NCBI GenBank assembly: GCA_963826785.1
Contig: CAWGYD010000001.1
Coordinates: 384,001-448,000, forward strand
Direction of reading: 5' to 3'
From: an uncultured delta proteobacterium
GTDB lineage: Bacteria; Desulfobacterota; Desulfobacteria; Desulfobacterales; Desulfosalsimonadaceae
Length of the DNA stretch: 64,000 nt
How positions within the stretch are numbered: position 1 is the stretch's first letter; each line of letters starts with the position of its first letter. This document shows, piece by piece, positions 48,619-58,677 of this stretch. The position numbers and the translations under genes were made by a program. A model generated the notes under the pieces. That model saw nothing but the letters and a program-made list of their open reading frames with translations, ran no database searches and was not told the DNA's origin.

Positions 48619-51600
48619 TTATTGAACAATGCGCAATCCCGTCGGGGGCGGCAGGGGCGGTTCATTGCATTCGTATGCGCCGATATCCGGGCTGCTGCCG
48701 TTAAACGGGAGGCCGACATTGATCCCCGCGTCCACCAGGTTGGCGGATCCTCCGGTGGGCTGGTAATACGGATCCGGTCGGACGCCCGATTTCATCAGGT
48801 CCGGATTGAGGCTGATGATGTTGCTCTGGGTGATCGCGCCGGCCCAGTCCATGACCCATGTGCCATTGTTGAAGTTGATGTTGTAGCTGAGAGTGACCGG
48901 ACCCATTCCCGAGCCGTTGGTGACCACGGCCTTGTCGGTATGGTTGACGAAGACGTTGTTCATGATGCGGACGCTTCCCAGTCTTCCGCCGTTCTTGCCC
49001 AGGTTGATCCCCTGCTTGTTGCCGTCGAAAACGTTGTTGTAGATACTGACATTGTCGACGGCCGTATTGATGTTGTTGGCGCTGACATGCACGCCGCCGT
49101 AGCTTCCGGCATTGGTGATCCGGTCGAAAATGTTGTTGCGGACCATGATATTTTTTACCCCGTCATCACCGCTCCTGTTGGCTCCCGAAGTCGCGCCCCA
49201 GATGGCGATGCCGTATTCCCAGGCGGAGCCGGAAAAATAATTGCCGTACACCTGCGCCCCCTGGACATCGGACATGATCTCCAGGGCGGGGGCGGGGGCA
49301 GTGGGCGTATATGACGCCTCAAAACGGTTGTTGTAGATTTCGTAGTTGACCGTCTGCCCCGTGCTGAGGCCATGGCTGCTGCCCCGGAGGGAAAACCATG
49401 AATCGGTGGTGTTGCTGTAGAATTTGCAGCCGTCCCTGTTTTCCCACATCTCGATGCCGATGACCGACCAGCCCTGGTCCCCCACCCGGATCACATTGTC
49501 GTAAACCTCGCAGGACTTGAACCAGAACGCGGTATGCCCGATGGCGGACCGCTTGGCGCCGTATGTGCCGTTGTTGTTGAAGGTGTTGCCGTGGATCTTG
49601 GCTCCTGAGAGCACGCCGGGATAGAGTTTGCAGTCATTAAAGGTATTGCTGTAAATATCGACCCCGGTGGCCCAGTCCGTGGAAGCGGGATCTACGCTGT
49701 ATACGGGGTTGTTATAGGCCCATGAGCAGGTGGCGGTGGTGGATGCGGTGCAGTCGTCCCGCCAGAATCCGCCATTGCTGTCGTCGTACCCGTATTTTCC
49801 ATAAACGGCCACCCCGTTTCCGGTGAAGTTGGCAAAGGTGCAGTTATGGATCTTCTGGTTGCTTCTTCCCCGGGAAAGAATGGCCATTCCGGACCGGTCC
49901 TGGCCGTTTAAGGTGATGCCGGAAATCTCATTGCCTCCGTTTACCGCCGGTACATTGCTGGCGGCGAGAATATAGGGGCTGGCACTGGTATTGATGGTGA
50001 CCTGGCCCGCTCCGGCGCCTTCGATGGATACCCCCCTCGCCAGCACGCACGGGGTGTTGTCCGTGTAGGTTCCCGCGTTCACATGAATTTTCACCCCGGA
50101 TTTCTTGACCAGGGAGCAGGCCCTGGACAGGGTGGCAAAGGGAGTGGCCGATGCGCCGTTTCCAGTGCTGTCGCTCCCCTTGATATCCACGTAATAGACC
50201 GCCAGATCGGGAATCGGCTGGGGGGTCGGATCCGGCGTGGGGTCGGGATTCGGAACCGGCGGGGCCTGGCCGTATTCATAAGCACCGATGTCGGGCCGTG
50301 CCCCCGCATAGGAAAGCCCCACGCTGGTTCCCGCGTCCACCACGTTGGCGGAAGCACCTGAGGCCAGATAGTAGGGATCCGGTCGGCTGCCCGATTTCTG
50401 AAGGTTCGGACTGGCGTTGATGGTGTTGCTCTGGGAAATCGCGCCGGCCCAGTCCCCCAGCCACAGGTTGTTGCCGGAATTGAAGTTATAGCTGACGTTA
50501 ATGGGCCCCATGCCCGAACCGTTGGTAACGATGGCCTTGTCCGTCTGGTTCATGAAGATGTTGTTCTTGATGTTGACGGTTTCCAGCCGGCCGCTTTCCT
50601 TGCCCATATTGACGCCCTGCTTGTTTCCGTCGAAAACATTGTTGTAGATGTCAATATTTCTCACCACGGTAACGGAAAAATTGGCATCCAGGTGGACACC
50701 CCCCAAACTGCCGGAGCCGGTGAGGCGGTCAAATACGTTGTTTCTGACCACGATATTTTCCAGGATGTCGCTGGTGCTCTTATTGGCGCCGGAAGTCGCG
50801 CCCCAGATGGCGATGCCGCTCTCCCAGGCGGAGCCGGAAAAATAATTGCCGTACACCTGCGCCCCCTGGATATCGGACATGATCTCAATGGCCGGGCAGG
50901 GGGTGGTGGGACCATAAGCGGCGATGAACCGGTTGTTGTAGATTTCGTAATTGAGGCTGTGGCCGGAACTCAGCCCGTGGGTGCTGCCCCGCAGGGAAAA
51001 CCAGGAATCGGTGGTGTTGTTGTAAAACTTGCTGGAGTCCTTGATCTCCCACATCTCGATGCCGATGACGGACCAGCCCTGGTTGCCCACCCGGATGATG
51101 TTGTCGTGAATCTCGACAGATTTATACCAGAATGCGGTATGGCCGATGGCGGAACGTTTGCCGCCGTAAGTTCCGTCATTGTTGAAGGTATTGCCGTAAA
51201 TCTTTGCTCCCGAAAGCACGTTGGGAAACAGTTTGCAGTCGTTGAACAGGTTGTTGTAGACCAGAACCCCGGTGGCCCAGTCGGTGGATGCCGGGTCCAC
51301 GCTGTACAGGGGGTTGTTGTAAGCCCAGGAACAGGTCTCGCGGGTACCGGAGGTGCAGTCATCCCGCCAGAAGCCGCCGTTGTTGTCGGTCCATCCGTAT
51401 TTTCCGTAAATGGCCACGCCGTTTCCGGTAAAATTGGCGAAGACGCAGTCGTGGAATTTCTGGTTGCTTCTCCCCCGGGACAGTATGGCCATTCCGGTCC
51501 GGTCCCCGCCCTCGAACTTGATACCGGAAATCTCATTGCTGCCGTCCACCACAGGGACATTGTTGGCCGCAATGATATAGGGGCTGGCACTGGTATTGAT

Positions 51601-51891
51601 GGTCACCTGGCTGGCGCCGGCGCCCTGGATGGAGACCCCCCTTGCCAGGACACACTGACCATTATCCGTATAGTTGCCGGCATTTACGATGATTCTGTCC
51701 CCGAAGCTGCCGGCGGTGGAACAGGCGCGGGAGAGGGTCCGCCAGGGGCTCGACTGGGACCCGCTGCCGCTGTCATTGCCGTTTGCGGCCACATAATAGG
51801 TGGCCGCAGAAACCGAAAGGGGCAGGATAAAACAACAGATGATGAAATATATGGCGATACGCGATTTTTTGAATGTCATTGCCTTGTTCAT
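48619..51891 (-). CDS. Large secreted protein with two tandem right-handed beta-helix (DUF1565/pectin-lyase-like) modules
   Basis: Signal peptide ending VSA; YYVAANGND..PWRTL; Asn ladders; PDIGAYE closes each module; Pro-rich linker; GGAGA RBS. Confidence 0.88.
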   Translation of the reverse strand: MNKAMTFKKSRIAIYFIICCFILPLSVSAATYYVAANGNDSGSGSQSSPWRTLSRACSTAGSFGDRIIVNAGNYTDNGQCVLARGVSIQGAGASQVTINTSASPYIIAANNVPVVDGSNEISGIKFEGGDRTGMAILSRGRSNQKFHDCVFANFTGNGVAIYGKYGWTDNNGGFWRDDCTSGTRETCSWAYNNPLYSVDPASTDWATGVLVYNNLFNDCKLFPNVLSGAKIYGNTFNNDGTYGGKRSAIGHTAFWYKSVEIHDNIIRVGNQGWSVIGIEMWEIKDSSKFYNNTTDSWFSLRGSTHGLSSGHSLNYEIYNNRFIAAYGPTTPCPAIEIMSDIQGAQVYGNYFSGSAWESGIAIWGATSGANKSTSDILENIVVRNNVFDRLTGSGSLGGVHLDANFSVTVVRNIDIYNNVFDGNKQGVNMGKESGRLETVNIKNNIFMNQTDKAIVTNGSGMGPINVSYNFNSGNNLWLGDWAGAISQSNTINASPNLQKSGSRPDPYYLASGASANVVDAGTSVGLSYAGARPDIGAYEYGQAPPVPNPDPTPDPTPQPIPDLAVYYVDIKGSDSTGNGASATPFATLSRACSLVKKSGVKIHVNAGTYTDNTPCVLARGVSIEGAGAGQVTINTSASPYILAASNVPAVNGGNEISGITLNGQDRSGMAILSRGRSNQKIHNCTFANFTGNGVAVYGKYGYDDSNGGFWRDDCTASTTATCSWAYNNPVYSVDPASTDWATGVDIYSNTFNDCKLYPGVLSGAKIHGNTFNNNGTYGAKRSAIGHTAFWFKSCEVYDNVIRVGDQGWSVIGIEMWENRDGCKFYSNTTDSWFSLRGSSHGLSTGQTVNYEIYNNRFEASYTPTAPAPALEIMSDVQGAQVYGNYFSGSAWEYGIAIWGATSGANRSGDDGVKNIMVRNNIFDRITNAGSYGGVHVSANNINTAVDNVSIYNNVFDGNKQGINLGKNGGRLGSVRIMNNVFVNHTDKAVVTNGSGMGPVTLSYNINFNNGTWVMDWAGAITQSNIISLNPDLMKSGVRPDPYYQPTGGSANLVDAGINVGLPFNGSSPDIGAYECNEPPLPPPTGLRIVQ
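48670..51800 (-). repeat. Intragenic tandem duplication, 1605-bp period
   Basis: For example, 49217-49265 is identical to 50822-50870; protein motifs repeat every 535 aa; boundaries approximate. Confidence 0.9.
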
Positions 51892-51991
51892 TATGTCTCC
51901 TGAATTCTTCGGCGCCAAATGGCCGATGACCATTTTTCGCCTGCATGTGCATTTTCAAAAGTATAGGATAATTTAAGTATTTATCAATCAG

Positions 51992-52036
51992 CCCGGCCGT
52001 GTCCGAAACATCATCGCCGTTTCGGACACGGCCGGG
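51992..52036 (-). terminator. Strong intergenic hairpin (terminator or mRNA stabiliser)
   Basis: 18-bp perfect stem cccggccgtgtccgaaac/gtttcggacacggccggg, 9-nt loop, just after the 52045 stop; no clear U-tract. Confidence 0.6.
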
Positions 52037-52044
52037 GCGGCCGG

Positions 52045-53418
52045 TCATTCGATAACGATATAGCCGACCACTTCCTTGGCGTGGCGGGTTTCTGAATCAT
52101 TGGATTTTTCTTCGGTGACCATGACGTCGATACCGGCGGTATTTTTATTCTGAAATCGTAGGTTTGCCGTGTCCCATCCTTTGATGGTCTGCATATCCGA
52201 TATGAAAACGGGATCAACGGAAAAGCGCCGGTCGAAGTAGATCCGGTAAAATGCATCGAGGACTGCATTTGGAGTTGCCGACACCTCATAGAAGTGGCCA
52301 TCCACGTAACCGGAGGAAGGCTCCCACGCGATATACGAGATGGTTTCCGTCGCATGGCCGTCCCTGTTCGCTTCCTGTTCCTGGAGCACGTAATCGAACC
52401 CGGATGTGCCGGCCTTGTTGCACCTGCCGGTGACGGCTTCGCCGCCGTTGAAGGTGACCACCGCGGAAAAAACCACCGGGGTTTGGTTAAATGTTTGCGG
52501 GAATAAAACGGTGCCGGATCCCGCTGTTTGAAATTTTCCGGCCTGGACCCGGGTGCCGTCGGTGAGCGTGTGGGCGCCGGCTTCCATGACCATGTACCCC
52601 ACGGTTTCATAAGCATGTGCCCCGTCGAGGTACTCCCATTCCTGTATGCGGATTTCAAAACCGATACTGCTGACATTGCGGATCCGAATGACCGCCGGTT
52701 GATTGCCGGCATAGCTCATGGGGCCGGCCACCACCACCGGATTGACAAAGCTTTTGGTCAGATCCACAAATGTCCAGTCGTGATTGATCACGACTTCACC
52801 GGCTTCAAATGCAAGCGCGGCCGCATTGTCGGCGGGGTTGGCCGGGTCTTTGCCCGCGGCGATTTCCGTGCCGTCATTGACGCCGTCATTGTCCGAGTCG
52901 GCATCCAGCAGATTGATGATGCCGTCCCCGTCAATGTCGGACTGCCAGTCATTTCCCCAGTAGAGAACTTCCTTGTAATCATTGATGCCGTCGGCATCCG
53001 TATCGGCCCGGTTTGGGTCCGTTCCGTAAGTTCCGCTCTCCTCGTCATTGGTCAGGCCGTCGCCATCCGTATCCGCCCGCGGCAGGGGCACATTGTAATA
53101 ACACTCCTCGGCAAAAGCGCTCTGAAGGCCCTGTTCATCCACGTTCGTGATCGTAAAGCCGTAAATGGCGCCTGCCGTAAGACCGGAAATGGTGCAGGTG
53201 GTCTGGCCGGCCGAATTGATGGTTATCTTGGGGGTGCTTTTGTAATTGGTGCCTGACTGTCCATAGTAGACGTTGTAACCGGCCACCCGCCCGTCATCAG
53301 GTCTATCCCAGCCGATCGTCACGTCGGCGGCATTCACTATGCAGGGATAAAACAGGATGAGCGGCAAAAGCAGGATGAAGAACAAAGAGTTGAAATTAAC
53401 CTTTTGTTTTCCGGACAT
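52045..53418 (-). CDS. Secreted protein: Fn3 domain, Ca-binding DxDxDG (TSP3-like) repeats, three H-type-lectin-like repeats
   Basis: Signal peptide; VTIGWD..GYNVYYG..ISGL..YGF; DTDGDGL, DTDADGI, DSDNDGV; repeats ending HAYETVGY / HATETISY / HAKEVVGY; AAGGAGG RBS. Confidence 0.85.
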   Translation of the reverse strand: MSGKQKVNFNSLFFILLLPLILFYPCIVNAADVTIGWDRPDDGRVAGYNVYYGQSGTNYKSTPKITINSAGQTTCTISGLTAGAIYGFTITNVDEQGLQSAFAEECYYNVPLPRADTDGDGLTNDEESGTYGTDPNRADTDADGINDYKEVLYWGNDWQSDIDGDGIINLLDADSDNDGVNDGTEIAAGKDPANPADNAAALAFEAGEVVINHDWTFVDLTKSFVNPVVVAGPMSYAGNQPAVIRIRNVSSIGFEIRIQEWEYLDGAHAYETVGYMVMEAGAHTLTDGTRVQAGKFQTAGSGTVLFPQTFNQTPVVFSAVVTFNGGEAVTGRCNKAGTSGFDYVLQEQEANRDGHATETISYIAWEPSSGYVDGHFYEVSATPNAVLDAFYRIYFDRRFSVDPVFISDMQTIKGWDTANLRFQNKNTAGIDVMVTEEKSNDSETRHAKEVVGYIVIE

Positions 53419-53487
53419 TAAATAAAATCCTCCTTGGTTGCTGTTGTATGCCGTGCGTCAACAGCACTCCGATGGAGGGTTGAATCG

Positions 53488-53572
53488 CCCGGCAGGCCCG
53501 CTGCCCTATTCTCGATTTGGAACTTAGGCCGGTGCCTTTGCGTTGCATTCTTTCGAATGAGTTGCCTTTGTC
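53488..53572 (-). ncRNA. Cyclic di-GMP-I (GEMM) riboswitch
   Basis: Minus strand AAAGGCAACUCAUUC-GAAA-GAAUGCAACGCAAAGGCACCGGCCUAAG...AGGGCAGCGGGCCUGCCG matches the GEMM-I layout: GAAA tetraloop, GCAAAG junction, CCUAA receptor; lies in a 5' UTR. Confidence 0.8.
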
Positions 53573-53642
53573 AGACGAATGGGTTCACTTGAGAATGACC
53601 TGTTGATTCAGAATCAGAAAATGATATCCATGGGAGGCTTAA

Positions 53643-53658
53643 TGCAATCGATGTGCCA
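53643..53658 (-). promoter_or_regulatory. Sigma54 (-24/-12) promoter
   Basis: TGGCACATCGATTGCA = TGGCAC-N5-TTGCA consensus, about 70 nt upstream of the riboswitch. Confidence 0.85.
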
Positions 53659-54008
53659 GACAGTCTGAGGCCGGCGTAAAACTTATGCTAAACTGATTTC
53701 AATTGAGCGATATCCGGGTAACTGAGTGTGGAAATACGCTTTTTTACAGACGGGATTATCATCTGAATGAATTAGACGATTGAAAAAGGATTATCTTATG
53801 ATGAAATGATTTTTCAGTTAGTTATCTACATGAAGGGGGCTATGAAAAAATAAAAAAGGAGATAATGGAGAGGTGGGGCGCCCTTTTTCAGGGACATGAT
53901 GAAATGTGTATTTTTGTGTAAGAATTTGAACAAAATGATACCGGCGGCGATGCGGTTTGAAGATAAAACCTTTCCCCGAGCGCATCGCGCCGGCAGAAAA
54001 AACGGTTT

Positions 54009-55451
54009 TTATTCCGCCTCATCCCCCGGCTGGACCGAGGTGGTCACCTGGAGATTGTATTTTTCAATCTTGGACTGCAGGGTAGGGCGGGAGAGGTTGA
54101 GCATTTTGGCCGCCCGGCTCCGGTTGCCCGCCGTCAGGTTCAGCGCTTCGCTGATGACGATGCTGCCGAAGCGGTCCATCAGGTAATTGAACATATCCTG
54201 GCGCTCCTCGCCGGACAGGATTTCCCGGACCCACTGGTGGGCCAGGGTTTCAATGGACCTGGCCTCTGCTGCCGGGGGTTCGACGGCATTGGAAATGGCA
54301 TGGGAGATGTCTTCCGGGCGCAGAGGATATCCCCGGTTGAATATCAGGGCCTTTCGAAGGGTATTGCCCAGTTCCCGGACATTGCCGGGCCAGAAATGCT
54401 TTTCGATCACCCGCCGGGCTTCCCTGGTGATTCCCGGGTTGTCGATTTTCATGTCAGCGGAATACAGGGTCAGGAAATAGTCGCACAACAAAAGGATGTC
54501 CGCCTCCCGGTTGCGCAGGGGCGGAAGCTCGATGGTGACCACCTTGAGCCGGTAATACAGGTCTTCCCGGAACCGTTCCTCCACGATGGCCCGCTCCAGG
54601 TTCCGGTTGGTGGCGGCAATGATCCGGACATCCACCGGAATGGGCTTGCCGCCGCCCAGCCGCTCGATGCTCCTTTCCTGGAGCAGCCTGAGGATCTTCG
54701 CCTGGATGGACAGGGGCATGTCCCCGATTTCGTCCAGAAACACCGTGCCGCCGTTGGCCTGTTCGATCTTGCCCACCCGGCGGTTGGCCGCACCGGTGAA
54801 GGCACCCCTCTCATAACCGAACAGTTCGCTTTCCAGCAGGGTTTCCGGAATGGCTACGCAGTTGATGACCAGGAAAGGTTTTCCGCCCCGCCGGCTGTGC
54901 TGGTAGATGGCCCGGGCCACCAGTTCCTTCCCGGTCCCGGATTCCCCCCGGATGAGAACGGTAGCATCCGTGGGCGCCACCCGGCCGATGGCCTTGTAAA
55001 CCTCCTGCATGGCATGACTGTTGCCGATAATGGCATCCGGGATAGCGGATTCCGGGTGGACGTTCATTTCCACCTTGGTCTTCATGAGGCGCCCGGCTTC
55101 CAGCGCCTGGCCGATCAGGGACAGGATAAGGGGAATGTCAAACGGCTTGAGCACGTAGTCGAAGGCCCCCAGCTTGGTGGCTTCGATGGCGGTCTCCGTC
55201 GTGGAAAACGCGGTCATGATCATCACCGGCAGCTTGGCATCGATTTTCCGGATTTCCTCGAAGGCCTTGAGCCCGTTGATTCCCGGCAGCCGGACATCCA
55301 TGATCAGAAGATCCGGGATCTCCTTTCGGATCTCCTCGATGCCCATCTCTCCGGTGGGGGCGGTGCGGATATGGTATCCCTCCTCCCGGAGCAGTTTGGC
55401 AAAACTCTGCCGCAGCTGATCATCATCATCAACGATCAGAATCGTACTCAT
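54009..55451 (-). CDS. Sigma54-dependent response regulator (NtrC family)
   Basis: Receiver domain, GESGTGKE, GAFTGA, WPGNVREL, Fis-type HTH. Confidence 0.96.
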   Translation of the reverse strand: MSTILIVDDDDQLRQSFAKLLREEGYHIRTAPTGEMGIEEIRKEIPDLLIMDVRLPGINGLKAFEEIRKIDAKLPVMIMTAFSTTETAIEATKLGAFDYVLKPFDIPLILSLIGQALEAGRLMKTKVEMNVHPESAIPDAIIGNSHAMQEVYKAIGRVAPTDATVLIRGESGTGKELVARAIYQHSRRGGKPFLVINCVAIPETLLESELFGYERGAFTGAANRRVGKIEQANGGTVFLDEIGDMPLSIQAKILRLLQERSIERLGGGKPIPVDVRIIAATNRNLERAIVEERFREDLYYRLKVVTIELPPLRNREADILLLCDYFLTLYSADMKIDNPGITREARRVIEKHFWPGNVRELGNTLRKALIFNRGYPLRPEDISHAISNAVEPPAAEARSIETLAHQWVREILSGEERQDMFNYLMDRFGSIVISEALNLTAGNRSRAAKMLNLSRPTLQSKIEKYNLQVTTSVQPGDEAE

Positions 55452-56929
55452 TTCCGCTCCTCCTTGCGTGCCGGCAGGATGATGGTGAAGACGGCGCCTT
55501 CACCCGGTTTGCTCTGAAGCGTCAGGCTGCCGCCGTGCTCCTCGATGATGCGGACGACGATGAACAGGCCGAGACCCGTTCCGTCCGGTTTGGTGGTTTC
55601 AAAGGGTTCCAGCACCCGGGTCTGGAGTTCCTCCGATATCCCCGGACCACTGTCGCTGACCCGGATCTTAACCGCGTGCCCGATGGATTCTGCCATGACT
55701 TCTTCTTCGCTGATGACGACGTCTCCCCCGTTTTCAATGGCCTCGCAGGCGTTTACGATCAGGTTGACGAACACCTCCTTCAGCAGTTCGGGATCGGCCT
55801 CGATGGCGGGCAGTTTTACCGGGCGCTTCCGGTGCACTTTCACCGAATGCAGGTCCAGGCGATAGGAAAGCAGATCGATGGTCATGTCGATGATGTCGGA
55901 GATGAGGACTTCCTGCTTTTTCAATTTGTGGGGCCTTGAAAATTCCAGGAAGTTGCGGACAATGTTATCCAGGCGCCGCATTTCTTCGGCGACCACTTCG
56001 AAGTCTTCCTTCTGGATCTCGGACAATTCCAGGTTCCGCTTCAGTGAGAACAGCCGCATGTTGATGGAGGTCATGGGATTGCGGATGCTGTGGGCCACTT
56101 CGGTGGCCAGTTTCCCCACCAGGGCCATTTTCTCCGAATTGAGCAGGAGGGCCTTGCTCTGCTGCAGTTCCGTCATCGTTCGGTCCCGGTCTTCCATCAG
56201 GCCGTGTACCCGCTGGCTGAGGACCCTGACCTCGTTGCCCGATTCGATGTTCTCATCGGGGTTGGCGGCCTGTATGGCGATCCGCCGGATGGGAATGATG
56301 ATCTGGGATATCAGGAACATGGCCAGCAGCCCGATCAACAGCAGGACGGCACCCATGAAGATCATGGCCGCGGTTACCAGCCGCCTGGCTTCGATCCGGC
56401 TTCTTTCCTGGGCTTTTTCAATCCGGGACTCATTGGTATTCTTGTAGATCATGGTGAGGTCGTTGAGTTCGGAAAACTGCCGGCGCACCTTCCAGTGGAG
56501 CCGTTCACCTGCTTCCCTGTCCCCCGTCCGGTACAATTCGATCACCTGGTCTTTTCCTTTTATGTATTGGGCATAATTTTCCCGGATCTGTTCGAGCAGT
56601 TTGCGCATGTCGTATTCGGGGTTGAGGGCGTAGGCGCGGTCCAGCCATTTCTGAAACGCCTGGCGGTGAACGGCCAGTTCATTGAGCCACTTGGGGTCGC
56701 CGTCTAAAAAATAATAGGTGACATACCCCTTCTGGTTGGCAAGCGCGGTGGCAAGTTCCCGGGAAACATCCAGGGCCTGCATGTCCCTGCTCACGACCCG
56801 ATGAAACAGTTCATTAAAGTGGCTTGCATACCAGATGCTGGTGATTCCCATGGCGAAGGTGACGCCCAGGAACAAAAACAGGATGATGAATATGCGGGTG
56901 GACAGCCCGGCTTTTTTCCATGCAATCAT
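55448..56929 (-). CDS. Membrane sensor histidine kinase
   Basis: Two TMs with helical periplasmic domain; H-box AHSIRNPM, NLIVNA, DSGPG, GTGLGL; overlaps the regulator. Confidence 0.94.
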   Translation of the reverse strand: MIAWKKAGLSTRIFIILFLFLGVTFAMGITSIWYASHFNELFHRVVSRDMQALDVSRELATALANQKGYVTYYFLDGDPKWLNELAVHRQAFQKWLDRAYALNPEYDMRKLLEQIRENYAQYIKGKDQVIELYRTGDREAGERLHWKVRRQFSELNDLTMIYKNTNESRIEKAQERSRIEARRLVTAAMIFMGAVLLLIGLLAMFLISQIIIPIRRIAIQAANPDENIESGNEVRVLSQRVHGLMEDRDRTMTELQQSKALLLNSEKMALVGKLATEVAHSIRNPMTSINMRLFSLKRNLELSEIQKEDFEVVAEEMRRLDNIVRNFLEFSRPHKLKKQEVLISDIIDMTIDLLSYRLDLHSVKVHRKRPVKLPAIEADPELLKEVFVNLIVNACEAIENGGDVVISEEEVMAESIGHAVKIRVSDSGPGISEELQTRVLEPFETTKPDGTGLGLFIVVRIIEEHGGSLTLQSKPGEGAVFTIILPARKEERK

Positions 56930-57265
56930 TTCATTCAACGTTTCATTGAATTTTAAAGGTCAAAGGATGTCGATTCCACGGGTTTACCGGCAACACCTGA
57001 TCATTCCAAAACACCAACACGATCTTTATGCAACAATTAAATGCAGCAAGTCGGATTGAACAGGCGCATTCTTTCGGCCGGGAAAAATCCGTCAATGCCT
57101 GCAAAATTTCAAGGTGGATTTTTTGCATTCGACCCCCTGGAGGCTTATACTTTTTCATCTGAAAGCGATCGTAAAGCATTTGGAATCCAAGTTGATCCTT
57201 GAAATTGGAGTTTCTGAAACATATCAGCGGTGCGATACATTTCCTAATTTAATGAAGGGTGTTTA

Positions 57266-57526
57266 ATGAAATCGATGGATTTGCTCAAAGAATTTATCGT
57301 CAACGAACTTATTTCAGATCCGACTGTTACTGACATCAGCGAAACCGAATCGCTGATCGAAAGCGGCATTCTCGACTCGATGGGAATCATGAAAATGCTC
57401 GATTTCATCGAGGCCAGTTTTTCCGTGAAGATATCGGATGAAGATATCACCCCGGAAAATTTTGAGAATTTAGAGGCGATTTGCGGTTTGATTGGCGACA
57501 GAACTTTCAGCAGCCAGGAAAATTAA
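57266..57526 (+). CDS. Acyl/peptidyl carrier protein
   Basis: LIESGILDSMG phosphopantetheine Ser; DITPENF. Confidence 0.92.
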   Translation: MKSMDLLKEFIVNELISDPTVTDISETESLIESGILDSMGIMKMLDFIEASFSVKISDEDITPENFENLEAICGLIGDRTFSSQEN

Positions 57527-58677
57527 TGGATTTCGACCTCTCGGACATGCAGCGGTCGCTTCAGAAAAGCATCACCGAATTCGCCCGCAGGGAACTAAAC
57601 GACGAGTTGGCGGAAACCGATGCGCAGGCCCGGTTTCCCATGGATAAATGGCGCCGGATCTGCGACATGGAGGTGATCGGCATCCCCATTCCCGAAGCCT
57701 ACGGCGGTCAGGGGGAGGGGATCCTCACGACCCTGGTTGCGATTGAGGCCCTTGGAAACGGATGCCGGGACAGCGGCCTGATCCATTGTCTGATCACCCA
57801 GATTCTGTGCGCCCTTCAGATCGCCCATTTCGGGGATGAAAAACAGAAACAACGATGGCTACCCGGCATTTGCCGGGGGGAGATCATCTGTTCCCAGGCC
57901 ATTACCGAACCGGATGCCGGGTCGGATACCCTGTCCATTCAGACCGCCGCAGAACGGATCGCCGCCGGCGGGTATGATCTTAACGGCACCAAGATATTCA
58001 TCACCAATGGCCCCATTGCCGACCTGGTGATCGTCTTTGCGGTCACCGACCCGGCTAAAAAAAACATGGCCGGGATCTCCTGCCTGCTGGTCGAGGACGG
58101 CCGGTCCGGATTTCGCCGGGGGCGTCCATTGGACAAGATGGGTTTGCGGACCCTTCAGAACGGTGAACTGGTGTTTACAGACTGCGGCGTCCCCGCGGAG
58201 AACCTGCTGGGCAAGGAAGGCCAGGGCGCGATGATCCTCAATGAAGCCATGCAGGTGGAGCGGACCCTGATCCCGGGTGCCCATATCGGCATCATGCAGA
58301 GAACACTGGATGCCTGCGTCAAATATGCCAATGGACGGCACCAGTTCGGGCAGCCCATCGGCAGGTTTCAGGCCGTCTCCCGGAAAATCGCTGAAATGCG
58401 CGTCAACCTGGAACTCGGCCGGTTGATCCTGTACAAGGCCGCCTGGCTCAAAGACCAGAAGAAAAGGGCCTACATGGAGGCATCCATCGCCAAGCTCTTC
58501 ATCAGTGAAAATCTGAAAAAAGCCTGCCTGGAAGCCGTCCAGCTGCACGGCGCCTACGGTTTCATGAAGGAATTTGAATTAGAGCGGGATTTGCGGGATT
58601 CCATTGCCGCCACCCTCTATTCAGGAACATCGGAAATACAAAACAATATCATCTCCAGTTTGTCAGGCTTGAAATGA
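57526..58677 (+). CDS. Acyl-CoA/acyl-carrier dehydrogenase (prolyl-PCP dehydrogenase-like)
   Basis: TEPDAGSD, NGTKIFITNG, KMGLR, RHQFGQPI, QLHGAYG, YSGTSEIQ. Confidence 0.9.
   Translation: MDFDLSDMQRSLQKSITEFARRELNDELAETDAQARFPMDKWRRICDMEVIGIPIPEAYGGQGEGILTTLVAIEALGNGCRDSGLIHCLITQILCALQIAHFGDEKQKQRWLPGICRGEIICSQAITEPDAGSDTLSIQTAAERIAAGGYDLNGTKIFITNGPIADLVIVFAVTDPAKKNMAGISCLLVEDGRSGFRRGRPLDKMGLRTLQNGELVFTDCGVPAENLLGKEGQGAMILNEAMQVERTLIPGAHIGIMQRTLDACVKYANGRHQFGQPIGRFQAVSRKIAEMRVNLELGRLILYKAAWLKDQKKRAYMEASIAKLFISENLKKACLEAVQLHGAYGFMKEFELERDLRDSIAATLYSGTSEIQNNIISSLSGLK

Noticed and set aside
53488..53572. cGAMP-sensing (GEMM-Ib) assignment
   Set aside because: The discriminator position is G by manual alignment to Vc2; needs a binding test
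57181..57196. Sigma54-like TGGAAT-N5-TTGAT upstream of the carrier protein gene
   Set aside because: Lacks the -12 GC; plausible but too weak to list
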